Below are positions 19,827 to 30,504 of a stretch of DNA of 64,000 nt, in pieces (position 1 is the stretch's first letter; every line of letters starts with the position of its first letter). The translations under genes and the position numbers were made by a program. This DNA comes from Candidatus Micrarchaeia archaeon (GTDB taxonomy: Archaea > Micrarchaeota > Micrarchaeia > CABMEP01): the NCBI GenBank assembly GCA_038881595.1, contig JAVZPM010000002.1:1-64000 (forward strand). Reading direction: 5' to 3'. The notes beneath the pieces were generated by a model, which made no database searches, was not told where the DNA came from, and saw only the letters and a list, made by a program, of their open reading frames with translations.

Positions 19827-20585
19827 ATCTTCGAAATTGTTTTAGATGATGCGAAATTGTGGAAAAAAAGCATGGATGCGATTGTGAATCTAGTAAAGGA
19901 AGGTTCATTTGAATTTGATAAAGAAGGGATTAAGCTTATGGCTATGGATCCTTCTCAGATATCAATGCTTATTTTCAACCTTCCAAGTTCTGCCTTCTCA
20001 AAATATGAAATATCAGAAAAGGCAAAATTAGGGATAAACATTGAGGAATTCAGCAAGATAATGGGAAGAATGAGAGCAAAAGAAAAAATGGTGCTGAAGT
20101 ATGACGGATCAAATAAGCTTGACGTAACATTCATAGCTGAGAAGAGTAGAAGGTCATTCAAGATACCAATAATAGATGTGACACCGGGTCCTTCAAAGGC
20201 CCTACAAATTGAATATAATACATATGTAAAGATGAAGGCAAGTATCTTCAAGGAAATTTTAAAGGATGTGGCTTTAATCAGCCCACATATTCTTCTAGTT
20301 GCGGATGTAAAGAGATTCAAGGTTGAAGCGACTGGAGACAACTCAGGTGTGGAAATTGATTATGAGGGAGATGTAGAAGTCAAATCTGATTCCGTTACAC
20401 ACGGTCTTTTTTCAAGAGATTATTTAGATGATATGACAAAAGGAAGCGAAGATGATGCAGATCTAACTATTTATCTAGGTTCACCAACACAAACTGATAA
20501 GAGGCCAAAACCTCTAAAGCTTGAATACAAGATTGGTTCTGCTTCATTCACTTATTTCCTTGCACCAAGAATAGAGACGGATTAA
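19827..20585 (+). CDS. pcn: PCNA sliding clamp
   Basis: GIKLMAMDPSQISM, PLKLEY, YFLAPRIE; conserved N-terminus FEIVLDDAKLW lies upstream of the called TTG and begins at ATC 19827. Confidence 0.95.
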   Translation: MFEIVLDDAKLWKKSMDAIVNLVKEGSFEFDKEGIKLMAMDPSQISMLIFNLPSSAFSKYEISEKAKLGINIEEFSKIMGRMRAKEKMVLKYDGSNKLDVTFIAEKSRRSFKIPIIDVTPGPSKALQIEYNTYVKMKASIFKEILKDVALISPHILLVADVKRFKVEATGDNSGVEIDYEGDVEVKSDSVTHGLFSRDYLDDMTKGSEDDADLTIYLGSPTQTDKRPKPLKLEYKIGSASFTYFLAPRIETD

Positions 20586-20722
20586 ATCTTTTTTAATTTT
20601 TAGAATTTATTTCTAATTTATTTTTGAAATACATTTATAGAAAGTCTAATTCTACAATATCTTTAAAGTATTAATAGAAATCTTTATATTTCTCTTTGTG
20701 TTCTTTAATATTGTTGGTCTTT

Positions 20723-21955
20723 ATGACATCTAAATTTTCAAATTATGTTATAATAGGTGCAGGTGGAAAAGGAGAAAGAATGGGCTGCAATAAGCAGCTT
20801 CTCGAGCTTAAAGGTAAACCAGTCTTTATAAGAACATTAGAGGCATTCGATTCTCATCCTTTGATAGATGGAATAATCTTAGTAAGACCAACTGAATTAC
20901 AGAAAGACTTCAAAAACTTAGTAGAGAAGTTTAAAATTAAGAAAATCTATGCAGAAGCAGATGCAGGTAAAGAAAGGCAGTATTCAATGTATAATGGTCT
21001 TAAAAAGGTTCCAGAGTGCAGTGTTGTTCTTTTCCACAATGGTGCGAATCCATTAGTAACTGAAAGGGAAATAACAGAATGCATTAAAGAAGCCTATAAC
21101 CATGGTGCAGCAGTAGTCGCACATCCTGTGAAGGATACTATCAAAAGGGTAAAGGATATGCTCGTTGTTGAAACACTTAGAAGATCTGAATTGTGGGCGA
21201 TGCAGACGCCACAAGGAATAAGATATGACATTGCATTGAAGGCTTATGAAAATCTGATAAATAACAATCTTCAATGTACAGATGATGTTCAAGCTGTAGA
21301 ATTATTTGATCCTACTATTCCTATAAAAATAATTCAGGCATCTCCTCAAAACATTAAATTGACGACCCCGATAGATATTTTAATTGCAGAAAGCTTTTTG
21401 GAAGCTAAAGAAATAAATTTACAGAAAGAAAAGTATGAAATTGTTTATGGGATAGGTGAGGATTCACACGAATTTTTAAGCGAATCAGAAAAGATTCAGG
21501 AAGAAAATGAAAGAAAAATAACTAAAAGACTTTTTTTAGGTGGTGCTTTAATATCAAGTGAAATGGCTTTCAAAGCAAACAGCGATGGAGACGCAGTACT
21601 TCATGCAATCTCAAGAGCAATCCTTTCTGCAGTAAGCGGCCCTTCATTAGATTTCTTTGCAGACGATCTTGCAAAGAAAGGAGAGATAGACAGCAAAATA
21701 TATCTTAAATCCATACTTGCTTACGTAAAAGAAAGAGGGTATACGGTAAAAGAGGTAAGAGTAATAATTGAGGCAGGAAAGCCAAAATTAATATATCATA
21801 TAGAAAAAATCAAGGAAAGCATAGCAGAGCTGCTCGAGATAGACAAAGAAAACGTTGGTTTGGCTGTTCATTCTGGAGAAAAACTCTCTCTTATGGGACA
21901 TGGAAAGGGATTAAGGGCGTTTGCATTTGTTTCAATGAAAAAGAAATTTCACTAA
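20723..21955 (+). CDS. ispDF: Bifunctional IspD-IspF (MEP cytidylyltransferase / MEcPP synthase) homolog
   Basis: IspD: AGGKGERMG, KQ, RQYS, QTPQ, TDD, NIKLTTP.D. IspF: GIGEDSH, LFLGG, ANSDGDAVLHA, DS, SGE.L..MG.G.G. Confidence 0.85.
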   Translation: MTSKFSNYVIIGAGGKGERMGCNKQLLELKGKPVFIRTLEAFDSHPLIDGIILVRPTELQKDFKNLVEKFKIKKIYAEADAGKERQYSMYNGLKKVPECSVVLFHNGANPLVTEREITECIKEAYNHGAAVVAHPVKDTIKRVKDMLVVETLRRSELWAMQTPQGIRYDIALKAYENLINNNLQCTDDVQAVELFDPTIPIKIIQASPQNIKLTTPIDILIAESFLEAKEINLQKEKYEIVYGIGEDSHEFLSESEKIQEENERKITKRLFLGGALISSEMAFKANSDGDAVLHAISRAILSAVSGPSLDFFADDLAKKGEIDSKIYLKSILAYVKERGYTVKEVRVIIEAGKPKLIYHIEKIKESIAELLEIDKENVGLAVHSGEKLSLMGHGKGLRAFAFVSMKKKFH

Positions 21956-22036
21956 TTATACATTATTGCTTTTTACGAATATAGAAATATTTAATAAATT
22001 TAATACCTATATTCATATGCTTATTATAGTGAGCTT

Positions 22037-25000
22037 ATGGCGACCATACAGGAAATCACATTGCGTAATTTCAAATCATTCAAGGCAGTGAAGATTCCAT
22101 TGACAAAAGGTTTTAATGCAATTATTGGTCCAAATGGGTCAGGAAAATGCATAGTTGGAGAATCAGAAGTTCTTCTTGCGGACGGTACAATCTCTAAAAT
22201 TGAAGACTTGGTGGAATCAGCGCTCCTAAAAGATTGTCAGCTTATGAGCGACGGAATGTTTACAACTTACAATCCTTCAAATATTGAGGTTTTGTCTCTC
22301 AATCCTATTACTTTAAAGGAAGAACCAAGAAGAGTGAGCGCATTTATCAAACGTAAATCTCCAGATAAACTTTATACAATCAAAACAAGATTAGGAAAAG
22401 AATTAACTGCTACAGGATATCATCCACTATTTACAATAAAAAATGGAATGCTGGTTTCGGTAAATGCAGATGAACTACATGTAGGCATGCCTATAGCAGT
22501 TCCTAGAAAGATTGATACTTATTGTACACAGATAAGCCCTCTCTTAGAGCTTGCAAAAAAAGATTCTGATGTTTATTTCAGTGATTCGGATAAAAAATTG
22601 AGAATGAAACTTAGAATGTATAAGAGAGTAAAGAAACTGAAATGGAAAGAAATCGCAGAATCTGCCGGCATTCCTCTACAGGCATTAATTTCTTTTGTTG
22701 GTAACCGACCAATAAAACTAAAATTTGCTTATAAGCTAGCTAAAAGCATAGGATTCAGTGACGAGGATATAGTTCATCTTTTTGACAAATTAAAAGGAAG
22801 AGGCAAACTTAAATATGTAAAAATTCCATCCGTACTTGATGAACGTCTTGCAAGATTCTTAGGTTATGTAATATCTGAAGGAAGAGTTGTGAGTAACGAG
22901 ATATTTTTCTTCAACGATTCAGATGAATTGATAAACGACTTTAAATTAATTACGAGAGAATTATTTGACTGTGAAAGTGTTGAATGTGTTTATAAAGACA
23001 GAAGATTTCTAATTCTGTCATCTTCCGTTATAGTTCAGATGCTAAAGCATGTTTTTGACGTAGCTACATTCTCTCGCTCTTCAAAGAAGGAAGTTCCTAA
23101 AATCCTATTCAAGGCAGACAAGAAAGCAATATCTGCATTTATTGGAGCATTATACGATGGAGATGGTTATTTCACAGCAAAAGAAAGCAACAGATTCAGT
23201 ATAGAATACGATACTGCAAGTAAGCAGTTTGCTAAAGAGCTTAGTCTTTTACTTTTGAATTTTGGCATCATTTCAAAAATTAGTTCTTCGTATAAAAAAG
23301 CAACTAATTCTTCAAAAGGAATAAAAAGAATTTATTACAGAGTTTTAATCAGCGGCTTAGAGAATATTCGAAACTTTGCGAAAAACATCTTTCCAAAAAT
23401 AGATTATAAATATAAAGCATTGATTGGAATGAGGGATTCCAACAAATCACCCGGAAACAATGTAGATCTGATCCCAAAAATCAATGAAACAATAATCCAG
23501 GCACTTCGCGATGCAGGATTTACAGATAGAAAATTAAAACAGATCAAGCCGAGCAGGATACACGCTTATTTTGAAGATAGGTACTATCCTACTAGAAATG
23601 GATTGGCGCAATTAGTTAAGGTCCTGCCAAATTCAAATCTTAGGAATCAATTATCATTGTTTTCTGATTCAGATGTCTTTTGGGATGTGATAACCTCTAT
23701 TGAAGAAGTAAAAGGAAGAGAATGGGTGTATGATCTTGCTGTGGAAGAGACGCACAACTTTATCGCCGAGGGAATATTTGTACACAATAGCAACATTTGC
23801 GATGCAATACGTTTTCTATTCGGAGAAACAAGCCTTTCAGCATTAAGAGCAAGATCTGTAAATGATTTGATTTATGGTGGTGGAGAAAAGGCTTCAATTG
23901 CAATGAAAATTACAGATGTTAAGAATAAGGATATTCTTAAGGATAATAATGGAAACGGGACAATAGAAATTGTAAGGAAGCTCAAGAAGAATGGTGGTAC
24001 TGCATACTGGCTGAATGGAAAGAGAACAACAAAGAATGCAGTCATGGACTTTCTTGCTTCTGAAGGTTTAGAAGTAAGCTCTCATAATGTTATTGCTCAA
24101 GGTGAAGTTGATAAGATAGTTAGATTCACAGCAAAACAAAGAAGAGAAGTAATAGATGAGATTGCAGGTGTTGCAGAATACGAAGAAAAGAAAAAAGAAG
24201 CACTGAATGAACTTAGTAAGGTTGATCAAAGATTAAATGAAGCTGCTGTTGTAATGAATGAAAGGGAAGGAATATTACAGGAGCTGGAAAAGGAAAAAGA
24301 TGCAGCTTTAAAATATATGGCTTTAAAAGACGAACAAAGAAGATTAAAAGGAACTATTATACTCAATCAGTACTCCAAACATGAAAAGGAGTTTGAAAAC
24401 ACAGTAAAGAAGCTTACTGAGATTGACAAGCAATTAGCAGAAATAGAACAACAGATGCAGGAATTCCAGAAAAAGCTACAGATGCTGGAAGCAAACAGAA
24501 ATGATATCGCAAACAAAATTGCATCTAAAGACCAAAGAAATGTTTATGCAGAGGTAGACGATCTCAGAAATAAGAAGATGCTTAATGAATCTCTTATCTT
24601 TGAGAAGGATGCAAGCCTACAAAGACTTGATTCAGAGATTGCAAAACTAACTCAAGAAATGGCTGAGATTGAATCAAAGCTTTCTACATTCACAGGTTCT
24701 AAGAGGGCAGCTGCAACAAGAGCAGTTGAATTGAAGAAACTTATCGACAGCTTGAATGAACAGAAGAAAAAAGTGGCTGCAGAATGGGAGGAAAAAAGAA
24801 AGAACTTCGGTCTTTTTGATGTTAAATTTGATGAGCTTAGAAAAAAAGAGATAAAGCTTAAGGAAGAAATTGCAAAATTAAATGCGAAACTAGATGTTTC
24901 CTCAGGCAACAAAGATGAAAAGAAGATGGTAAATGAATTGAAGGAAATAAAATCAACAATAGAAAGAAACAATGCAGAGCTTGACAGACTTTTCAAGAAA

Positions 25001-27046
25001 GAGAAGGAGTTGAATTCTATAATCAGGGAATTGGATTCCAAGATACTTGAGCTAAAGGAAGAGATTGCAGCTGCAAGAGGTGCCGGAAATGCAATCCCAC
25101 AATCCATTTCATTCATACTTAGTTTAAAAGATGAAATACCTGGAATATATGGAACAGTTGCAGAACTCTATGATGTTGATAAGAAGTTTTCAATTGCAAC
25201 TGAAGCAGCAGCGGGACAAAGATTATTTCATATAGTGGTTCAAGACATGGATACAGCTACAAAGATAATCAAAAGAATGAAGCAAAGCAATGTTGGAAGG
25301 GCTACATTCATACCTTTAGATGTCAAGACTCCGGAAAAAGGATCGGAGGAGAAAGGAACATTAGGTTCGATAATAAATCTGATAAAGTTTGACAAAAAGT
25401 TTGCGAATGTATTTCTCTATGTTTTTGGAAACACACATATAGTGAATTCCGTTGACGATTTCAAATCCCATCCAGGACTTAGGATGGTAACCTTAGATGG
25501 AGATATTGCAGAAACGTCAGGAGTTGTCTCTGGTGGTACTTCTATAAAAAGATCGCTTAGAGATTCATTGAAATCTAATCAAATAGAAAAGGAATTAAAT
25601 GAACTCAAAACCACTAGAGAGAATCTCATCTCTCAATTATACAATCTTAATGAGCAGATGGCTATATTAAGGAAGCAGATCGCGAAGGACGAGATAAGAA
25701 AGAAAGAGATAGAAATAGAAATGGGAGCGGTTTCCAATGAGGATCTTTCAGAGATAAAGAGACTTCTTTCAGAAAAGGAATTAGATCTGCAAGAACTTGA
25801 AAGAGAAGTTTTAAACTTAGAAGGTGAAAAGGCAAGGATAAGGATTGCAATAGAACAGGGAGAGGGAGAAAAAGAAATAGCTAGATTAGATAATGAAATA
25901 ATGCAGTATTCTAATGAGTTATCTGCCCTTGAAGAGAAGCTAAAAAGCCAAGATTCAATAATTCTTGAAGAAAGATTGTCTGCTGTGAAATCATCAATAG
26001 AAAAATTGACTGCAGAAAGAGAAGAAATAAAGAAAGCAATAAACGAGCTGAATTCAAAGTTAAAGCAGATTATCAAGCAATTAGAAGCAAGAGAGGAGAA
26101 GATAAAAGATGCGAGCAAAGAATTAGAAAAGCTGTATGCAGAAAGTAAGGCAATTCAAGATGAAATGGATCTTATTAATCAAGAAAGAGGAAAATTAATC
26201 AGAAGACAGGAGAGGTTGAAAGAGGATAAAATAAGATTAGAGGTTTCAAAAGAGACACTTCAAACAAGACTTGCAGATTTGAAGGTTGAAGCCGATCAAT
26301 ATAAAGACGTAGAGCCATTAAATATGAAGAAAGAAGAACTTGAAAAGAGATTAGGAGAAGTTGAGTTCGAACTCAATGGAATGGGTTCTGTCAATCTAAA
26401 GGCTCCAGAAACATACAAAGAGAAATATGAAGAATTTAAGGTCATAAAAGAAAAGGTAGAAATCCTATCAAATGAAAAGAATTCTATACTCAGTATGATA
26501 GAGGAAATAGAGAAGAGAAAGAAAGAGATTTTCATGAAAACATTTATTGAAGTTAATAAGCACTTCCAAAAAATGGCACTTTCTTTATTCGGAAACGAAG
26601 CCACGCTTGCTCTTGAAAATGAAGCAAATCCATTTGAAGGAGGTTTGCACATAATCATGAAGGTGGGAAAGAAACAGCGCCATATAGAAGGAATGTCTGG
26701 AGGTGAAAAATCTCTCCTTACGATTGCATTTGTTTTTGCAATTCATATGTACAAGCCATCAAAGTTCTACATATTGGATGAAGTGGAGGCTGCACTAGAC
26801 AAGGAAAATAGCAAGAGATTTGCCGAGCTTGTTAAATCACTTTCAAAAGATACTCAATTTATTGTAGTCTCACACAATGATGCAGTTATTACAAGTGCGG
26901 ATACTGCATTAGGCGTGGCAAAGACCAGATTGGGTTCAAAGATATTGAGTATAAAGCTAGTTCCAGATTCAAGCTCAGATTCTCCAAAAATAGTTTCAGA
27001 AGAGATCTCTCCTGTTGAAGAAGAGCAGGAAGATGATGACGAGTGA
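22037..27046 (+). CDS. smc: Chromosome segregation protein SMC, intein-containing
   Basis: NFKSF; GPNGSGK/SN split by an intein; Q-loop IAQG; hinge GRATFIPL; MSGGEKS; ILDEVEAALD; VVSH. Confidence 0.96.
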   Translation: MATIQEITLRNFKSFKAVKIPLTKGFNAIIGPNGSGKCIVGESEVLLADGTISKIEDLVESALLKDCQLMSDGMFTTYNPSNIEVLSLNPITLKEEPRRVSAFIKRKSPDKLYTIKTRLGKELTATGYHPLFTIKNGMLVSVNADELHVGMPIAVPRKIDTYCTQISPLLELAKKDSDVYFSDSDKKLRMKLRMYKRVKKLKWKEIAESAGIPLQALISFVGNRPIKLKFAYKLAKSIGFSDEDIVHLFDKLKGRGKLKYVKIPSVLDERLARFLGYVISEGRVVSNEIFFFNDSDELINDFKLITRELFDCESVECVYKDRRFLILSSSVIVQMLKHVFDVATFSRSSKKEVPKILFKADKKAISAFIGALYDGDGYFTAKESNRFSIEYDTASKQFAKELSLLLLNFGIISKISSSYKKATNSSKGIKRIYYRVLISGLENIRNFAKNIFPKIDYKYKALIGMRDSNKSPGNNVDLIPKINETIIQALRDAGFTDRKLKQIKPSRIHAYFEDRYYPTRNGLAQLVKVLPNSNLRNQLSLFSDSDVFWDVITSIEEVKGREWVYDLAVEETHNFIAEGIFVHNSNICDAIRFLFGETSLSALRARSVNDLIYGGGEKASIAMKITDVKNKDILKDNNGNGTIEIVRKLKKNGGTAYWLNGKRTTKNAVMDFLASEGLEVSSHNVIAQGEVDKIVRFTAKQRREVIDEIAGVAEYEEKKKEALNELSKVDQRLNEAAVVMNEREGILQELEKEKDAALKYMALKDEQRRLKGTIILNQYSKHEKEFENTVKKLTEIDKQLAEIEQQMQEFQKKLQMLEANRNDIANKIASKDQRNVYAEVDDLRNKKMLNESLIFEKDASLQRLDSEIAKLTQEMAEIESKLSTFTGSKRAAATRAVELKKLIDSLNEQKKKVAAEWEEKRKNFGLFDVKFDELRKKEIKLKEEIAKLNAKLDVSSGNKDEKKMVNELKEIKSTIERNNAELDRLFKKEKELNSIIRELDSKILELKEEIAAARGAGNAIPQSISFILSLKDEIPGIYGTVAELYDVDKKFSIATEAAAGQRLFHIVVQDMDTATKIIKRMKQSNVGRATFIPLDVKTPEKGSEEKGTLGSIINLIKFDKKFANVFLYVFGNTHIVNSVDDFKSHPGLRMVTLDGDIAETSGVVSGGTSIKRSLRDSLKSNQIEKELNELKTTRENLISQLYNLNEQMAILRKQIAKDEIRKKEIEIEMGAVSNEDLSEIKRLLSEKELDLQELEREVLNLEGEKARIRIAIEQGEGEKEIARLDNEIMQYSNELSALEEKLKSQDSIILEERLSAVKSSIEKLTAEREEIKKAINELNSKLKQIIKQLEAREEKIKDASKELEKLYAESKAIQDEMDLINQERGKLIRRQERLKEDKIRLEVSKETLQTRLADLKVEADQYKDVEPLNMKKEELEKRLGEVEFELNGMGSVNLKAPETYKEKYEEFKVIKEKVEILSNEKNSILSMIEEIEKRKKEIFMKTFIEVNKHFQKMALSLFGNEATLALENEANPFEGGLHIIMKVGKKQRHIEGMSGGEKSLLTIAFVFAIHMYKPSKFYILDEVEAALDKENSKRFAELVKSLSKDTQFIVVSHNDAVITSADTALGVAKTRLGSKILSIKLVPDSSSDSPKIVSEEISPVEEEQEDDDE
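22148..23788 (+). mobile_element. Intein of 547 aa with LAGLIDADG homing endonuclease, inserted in the SMC Walker A motif
   Basis: N-terminal CIVGES, block B TGYHP, LGYVISEG and IGALYDGDG motifs, block F/G VYDL...HNF...VHN followed by Ser+1. Confidence 0.95.
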
Positions 27047-27120
27047 TCACAAGAAAGGATACAAGGTAATTAAGTAAAGCATAGATTAAAATTAATTTTT
27101 GTCTAATTATTTTTGATTTA

Positions 27121-28089
27121 ATGAAACCTATCATTGTGGGAGTAGATCCAGGAACATACATAGGAATTGCAATATTCGATCTTAATGCGAATCTTATATA
27201 CAGCTCCACTATAACTGATAAAGGAAAGGAAGTAGTGGTCAGTGAGATTTCAAAATATGGCAATCCGATAGTTGTAGCTTCAGATGTAAGTCCGCCCCCT
27301 CATTTAGTTACTCAAATTGCATCTTATTTTAATGCAAGACTCTACTATCCAAAAACAATAATAAGCGATATTTCCAAGACAATTGAAACAGCTAGTTTTA
27401 AATTTAGTTCGGTTCATGAAAGAGATGCAATAGTAGCTGTTTTATCTTTTTTTAAAGAGAATGCAAATAAATTAAGATGGATAGAAAGAACTCTTAGGGA
27501 CAAAGGTCTTTCAAAAATCGAGGAAGATGTTAAGAGATATGCATTAAGCGGAATGAGAGTGGATGATGCAATAAAAGCATTGGTTCCAGTTGATGAAGAG
27601 TATAGGAAGATAATAGAGTATGCAAAAACACTTCCAGAAGCCCCACAAGTAATTAAAACTATAGATAGAAGGGAAAGCGATAGAGACACCATAATAGGAC
27701 TTATTGAGTCAAACATACGTCTAAAAGCAAGGCTTTCTGTTCTAGAAGAAGAGATAAAGTCTCTTAAAAATGAAAAAAGCCAAAGTATAGATAAAACTAC
27801 TCAGTCTTTGCTATTTTCAAAAGACATGCGAATTAGGAGATTAAAGAGAATCATAAAGATGAAAAACAAAAAGATTAAGCATTTGTATAGAATAATTGAC
27901 TCCATGAAAGGAACAGGAGCAAAAAGCAACGAAAAAAATAATATCTCCACACCAAGCCGTATCTATTCTAATCAAGAATCTAAAACTAATACAAAACCAG
28001 AGCAAGAGAAAGATTTAAAAAATGAAGACACAACTTTATCTATAGAAAAAATAGTCAAGGAATACAGGCAATCCAGATTTAAGGATTAG
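27121..28089 (+). CDS. DUF460 / COG2433 RNase H-fold protein with coiled coil
   Basis: [23 protein letters not shown]. Confidence 0.85.
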   Translation: MKPIIVGVDPGTYIGIAIFDLNANLIYSSTITDKGKEVVVSEISKYGNPIVVASDVSPPPHLVTQIASYFNARLYYPKTIISDISKTIETASFKFSSVHERDAIVAVLSFFKENANKLRWIERTLRDKGLSKIEEDVKRYALSGMRVDDAIKALVPVDEEYRKIIEYAKTLPEAPQVIKTIDRRESDRDTIIGLIESNIRLKARLSVLEEEIKSLKNEKSQSIDKTTQSLLFSKDMRIRRLKRIIKMKNKKIKHLYRIIDSMKGTGAKSNEKNNISTPSRIYSNQESKTNTKPEQEKDLKNEDTTLSIEKIVKEYRQSRFKD

Positions 28090-28129
28090 CTTCCTTGATT
28101 ATTATCTAAAAGCAACAAAGAGTGATAGT

Positions 28130-28513
28130 ATGGTAGAAGAGAGAGCAACAGAATTTGAAGAAACGGAGGAAATGACAGCTGAACAGAGAGGACCTTCAGG
28201 TCAACCGGTACAGGCAACAGGTAACATAGTATACGTAAGCAAAAAAGGAGTTATGGCTTACGTGCTTGCAGTAGTTACTCAATTCAATGCAGGCGCAAAG
28301 GAAGTTACCCTGAAGGCAAGAGGAAAAGTGATCTCTAGAGCTGTAGATGCTGCAGAAATAGTAAAGAACAAATTCCTCCAGGATGTTTCAATCAAAAGCA
28401 TAAAAACATCTACAGAGGATATGAAGACTGCATCTGGGGCACCTACAAAGGTTTCTACAATAGAAATTGTTTTAGCGAGAAACCCAGGTAGCAGCGCAGA
28501 ATTAAAACTCTAA
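28130..28513 (+). CDS. albA: DNA/RNA-binding protein Alba
   Basis: KK.VM.YVLAV, KARGK.ISRAVD.AE, VSTIEI.L. Confidence 0.93.
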   Translation: MVEERATEFEETEEMTAEQRGPSGQPVQATGNIVYVSKKGVMAYVLAVVTQFNAGAKEVTLKARGKVISRAVDAAEIVKNKFLQDVSIKSIKTSTEDMKTASGAPTKVSTIEIVLARNPGSSAELKL

Positions 28514-28642
28514 ATTTTCTTTTTTTAGTTTTATGTTTTTATTTATTACCTTTTATAATTATTTTATATTTCAATAATGTTTATTGTTTACATACAAATT
28601 TATACTCATATAATTTAAATTTGAAAAAGAAGAAGTGAGTTT

Positions 28643-29932
28643 ATGAGAATATATGCATCCCAAGTAAAACCAGAAATGAATGATTCAGAAGTGGAACTTG
28701 CAGGATGGGTTCATGAAACAAGAGACCATGGAAAGATAAGGTTTCTTATATTAAGGGATAAATCTGGTCTGATTCAGGTGATAGGTAAGAAAGGTGCTGT
28801 TCCTGATGAAGTTTTTGACTTAATTTCTCTACCGAAAGAGACAGTTATCTCTCTCAAAGGTAAGGTTAAAGCATCACCTCAAGCTCCAAGAGGTGTTGAA
28901 ATAATTCCTTCTGAAATAAAAGTTCTAAATAGAGTTTCTATTCAACTTCCTGTTGATCCCACTTCTCATGTTGAAGCGGATTTAGATGTAAGATTGGATA
29001 ACAGACATATTGATCTTAGGACAAGAAGAGTTTATTCAATATTTAAGATTCAATCAACTATTTTGAGGGCATTTAGAGAGAAATTAATATCATTAGATTT
29101 TGAAGAAATAATTCCTCCATCTTTAATTGCAGCAGCAAGTGAAGGAGGCGCGGATGTTTTTCCTGTCATATACTTCGATAAGGAAGCATTTCTTTCCCAA
29201 TCTCCACAATTATATAAACAGCTTGCAGTTATAGGTGGAATGGAAAGAGTTTTTATGACTCCACAATATTTTAGGGCTGAAAAACACAATACAACTGCCC
29301 ATCTTAATGAAATTACAGGAATGGATGCTGAAATTGGATTTGCAGATCATCATCTAGCAATGAAGATACTTTCAGAAACATTTTTACACATTCTTTCATC
29401 AGTTAAGGAAAGAAATTCTGAAGATTTGGCAGAATTAAAAGTGGACTTAAATGTTCCAAAGAAACTGAATATTTATACATATACTGAGGCAGTTGACATG
29501 CTGAACAAGCATGGAATGAAATTCGAATGGGGAACTGATTTTGGAAGAGACGAAGAGAGAAAGCTTTTTGAGATAATAGGTGAAGAAGCCTATATAATAT
29601 CAGAATATCCTACTGCAGTCAGAGCATTCTATTCTATGCCTAATGAAGAAGACCCGAAGATATCTAATTCCTATGATCTGATGTATCAAGGAGTGGAGAT
29701 GTCTTCTGGGGCTCAAAGAATACATATTCCAGAGCTTCTTGAAAAGCAGATAAGAGCAAAAGGGATGAATCCTGAGAACTTCAGATTCTATATTAATGCA
29801 TTCAAATCAGGAGCGCCACCACATGCTGGTTTTGGGATGGGATTGCAGAGAGTTACTATGGCAATAACAAGACAGAAAAATATAAGAGAATGTACGCTCT
29901 TCCCAAGAGATATGCATAGACTAACACCATGA
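28643..29932 (+). CDS. aspS: Aspartyl-tRNA synthetase, likely non-discriminating
   Basis: GWVH, RLDNR..DLR, EGGA, QSPQLYKQ, FRAE, PPHAGFG.G, FPRD; His and Pro in the anticodon domain fit the non-discriminating type. Confidence 0.94.
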   Translation: MRIYASQVKPEMNDSEVELAGWVHETRDHGKIRFLILRDKSGLIQVIGKKGAVPDEVFDLISLPKETVISLKGKVKASPQAPRGVEIIPSEIKVLNRVSIQLPVDPTSHVEADLDVRLDNRHIDLRTRRVYSIFKIQSTILRAFREKLISLDFEEIIPPSLIAAASEGGADVFPVIYFDKEAFLSQSPQLYKQLAVIGGMERVFMTPQYFRAEKHNTTAHLNEITGMDAEIGFADHHLAMKILSETFLHILSSVKERNSEDLAELKVDLNVPKKLNIYTYTEAVDMLNKHGMKFEWGTDFGRDEERKLFEIIGEEAYIISEYPTAVRAFYSMPNEEDPKISNSYDLMYQGVEMSSGAQRIHIPELLEKQIRAKGMNPENFRFYINAFKSGAPPHAGFGMGLQRVTMAITRQKNIRECTLFPRDMHRLTP

Positions 29933-29957
29933 TTAAAAATCGTTATTTCGATTTCAA

Positions 29958-30440
29958 TTATTGACTTTTACTTTTGTCTAATTTATTCTCTTCCTTTTCT
30001 TTTGTTTCACTCTTTTTGCTTTTTCTTTCTAACTCAGAAATTAGTGCCTTTGATTTAGATGAAATTACGTCACTTATATCTTCTGAAAATTTAGATAGAA
30101 TATATTTTATCTTATGATAATTTTGTTCTTCTAAGTTTTCCTGCCTAATTACACTTTCAATCAGTTTCAAACCTTCTAATCTTTGCCATATAAATCTGCA
30201 TCTCTCAAGTCTTTTTAAACCTTCATTGATTCTAGACTCCATCTGTTTTGGATTAAGTTTTTTATCCATATTTATCGAATTGTTTTTAGGCTTTTGTATC
30301 TCTTCCCTTTTTGGATGCATCTGAAGGAAACGCATTCCTCTATCATTACTGTGTGTCGAGTGTCTATAATTGCTATGAGAAGACATGCCACTATGATTGT
30401 TATTATTTTGCCTATTCTTCCATTTGTTATATTCGCTCAC
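29958..30440 (-). CDS. Hypothetical protein with low-complexity N-terminus
   Basis: ORF with GTG start after a GTGA SD; N/H/S-rich then helical. Confidence 0.45.
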   Translation of the reverse strand: MSEYNKWKNRQNNNNHSGMSSHSNYRHSTHSNDRGMRFLQMHPKREEIQKPKNNSINMDKKLNPKQMESRINEGLKRLERCRFIWQRLEGLKLIESVIRQENLEEQNYHKIKYILSKFSEDISDVISSKSKALISELERKSKKSETKEKEENKLDKSKSQ

Positions 30441-30504
30441 AAAAATCACTATATTAATACGCATTCATGCTTTTTATTTTTTACTTTTTTTCTATCTATT
30501 AATT

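Noticed and set aside
24652..26658. Long antisense ORFs within smc, and similar ones in gltX, lig and the ABC genes
   Set aside because: These are shadow frames of E/K-rich coding sequence, S/F/L-rich and without motifs
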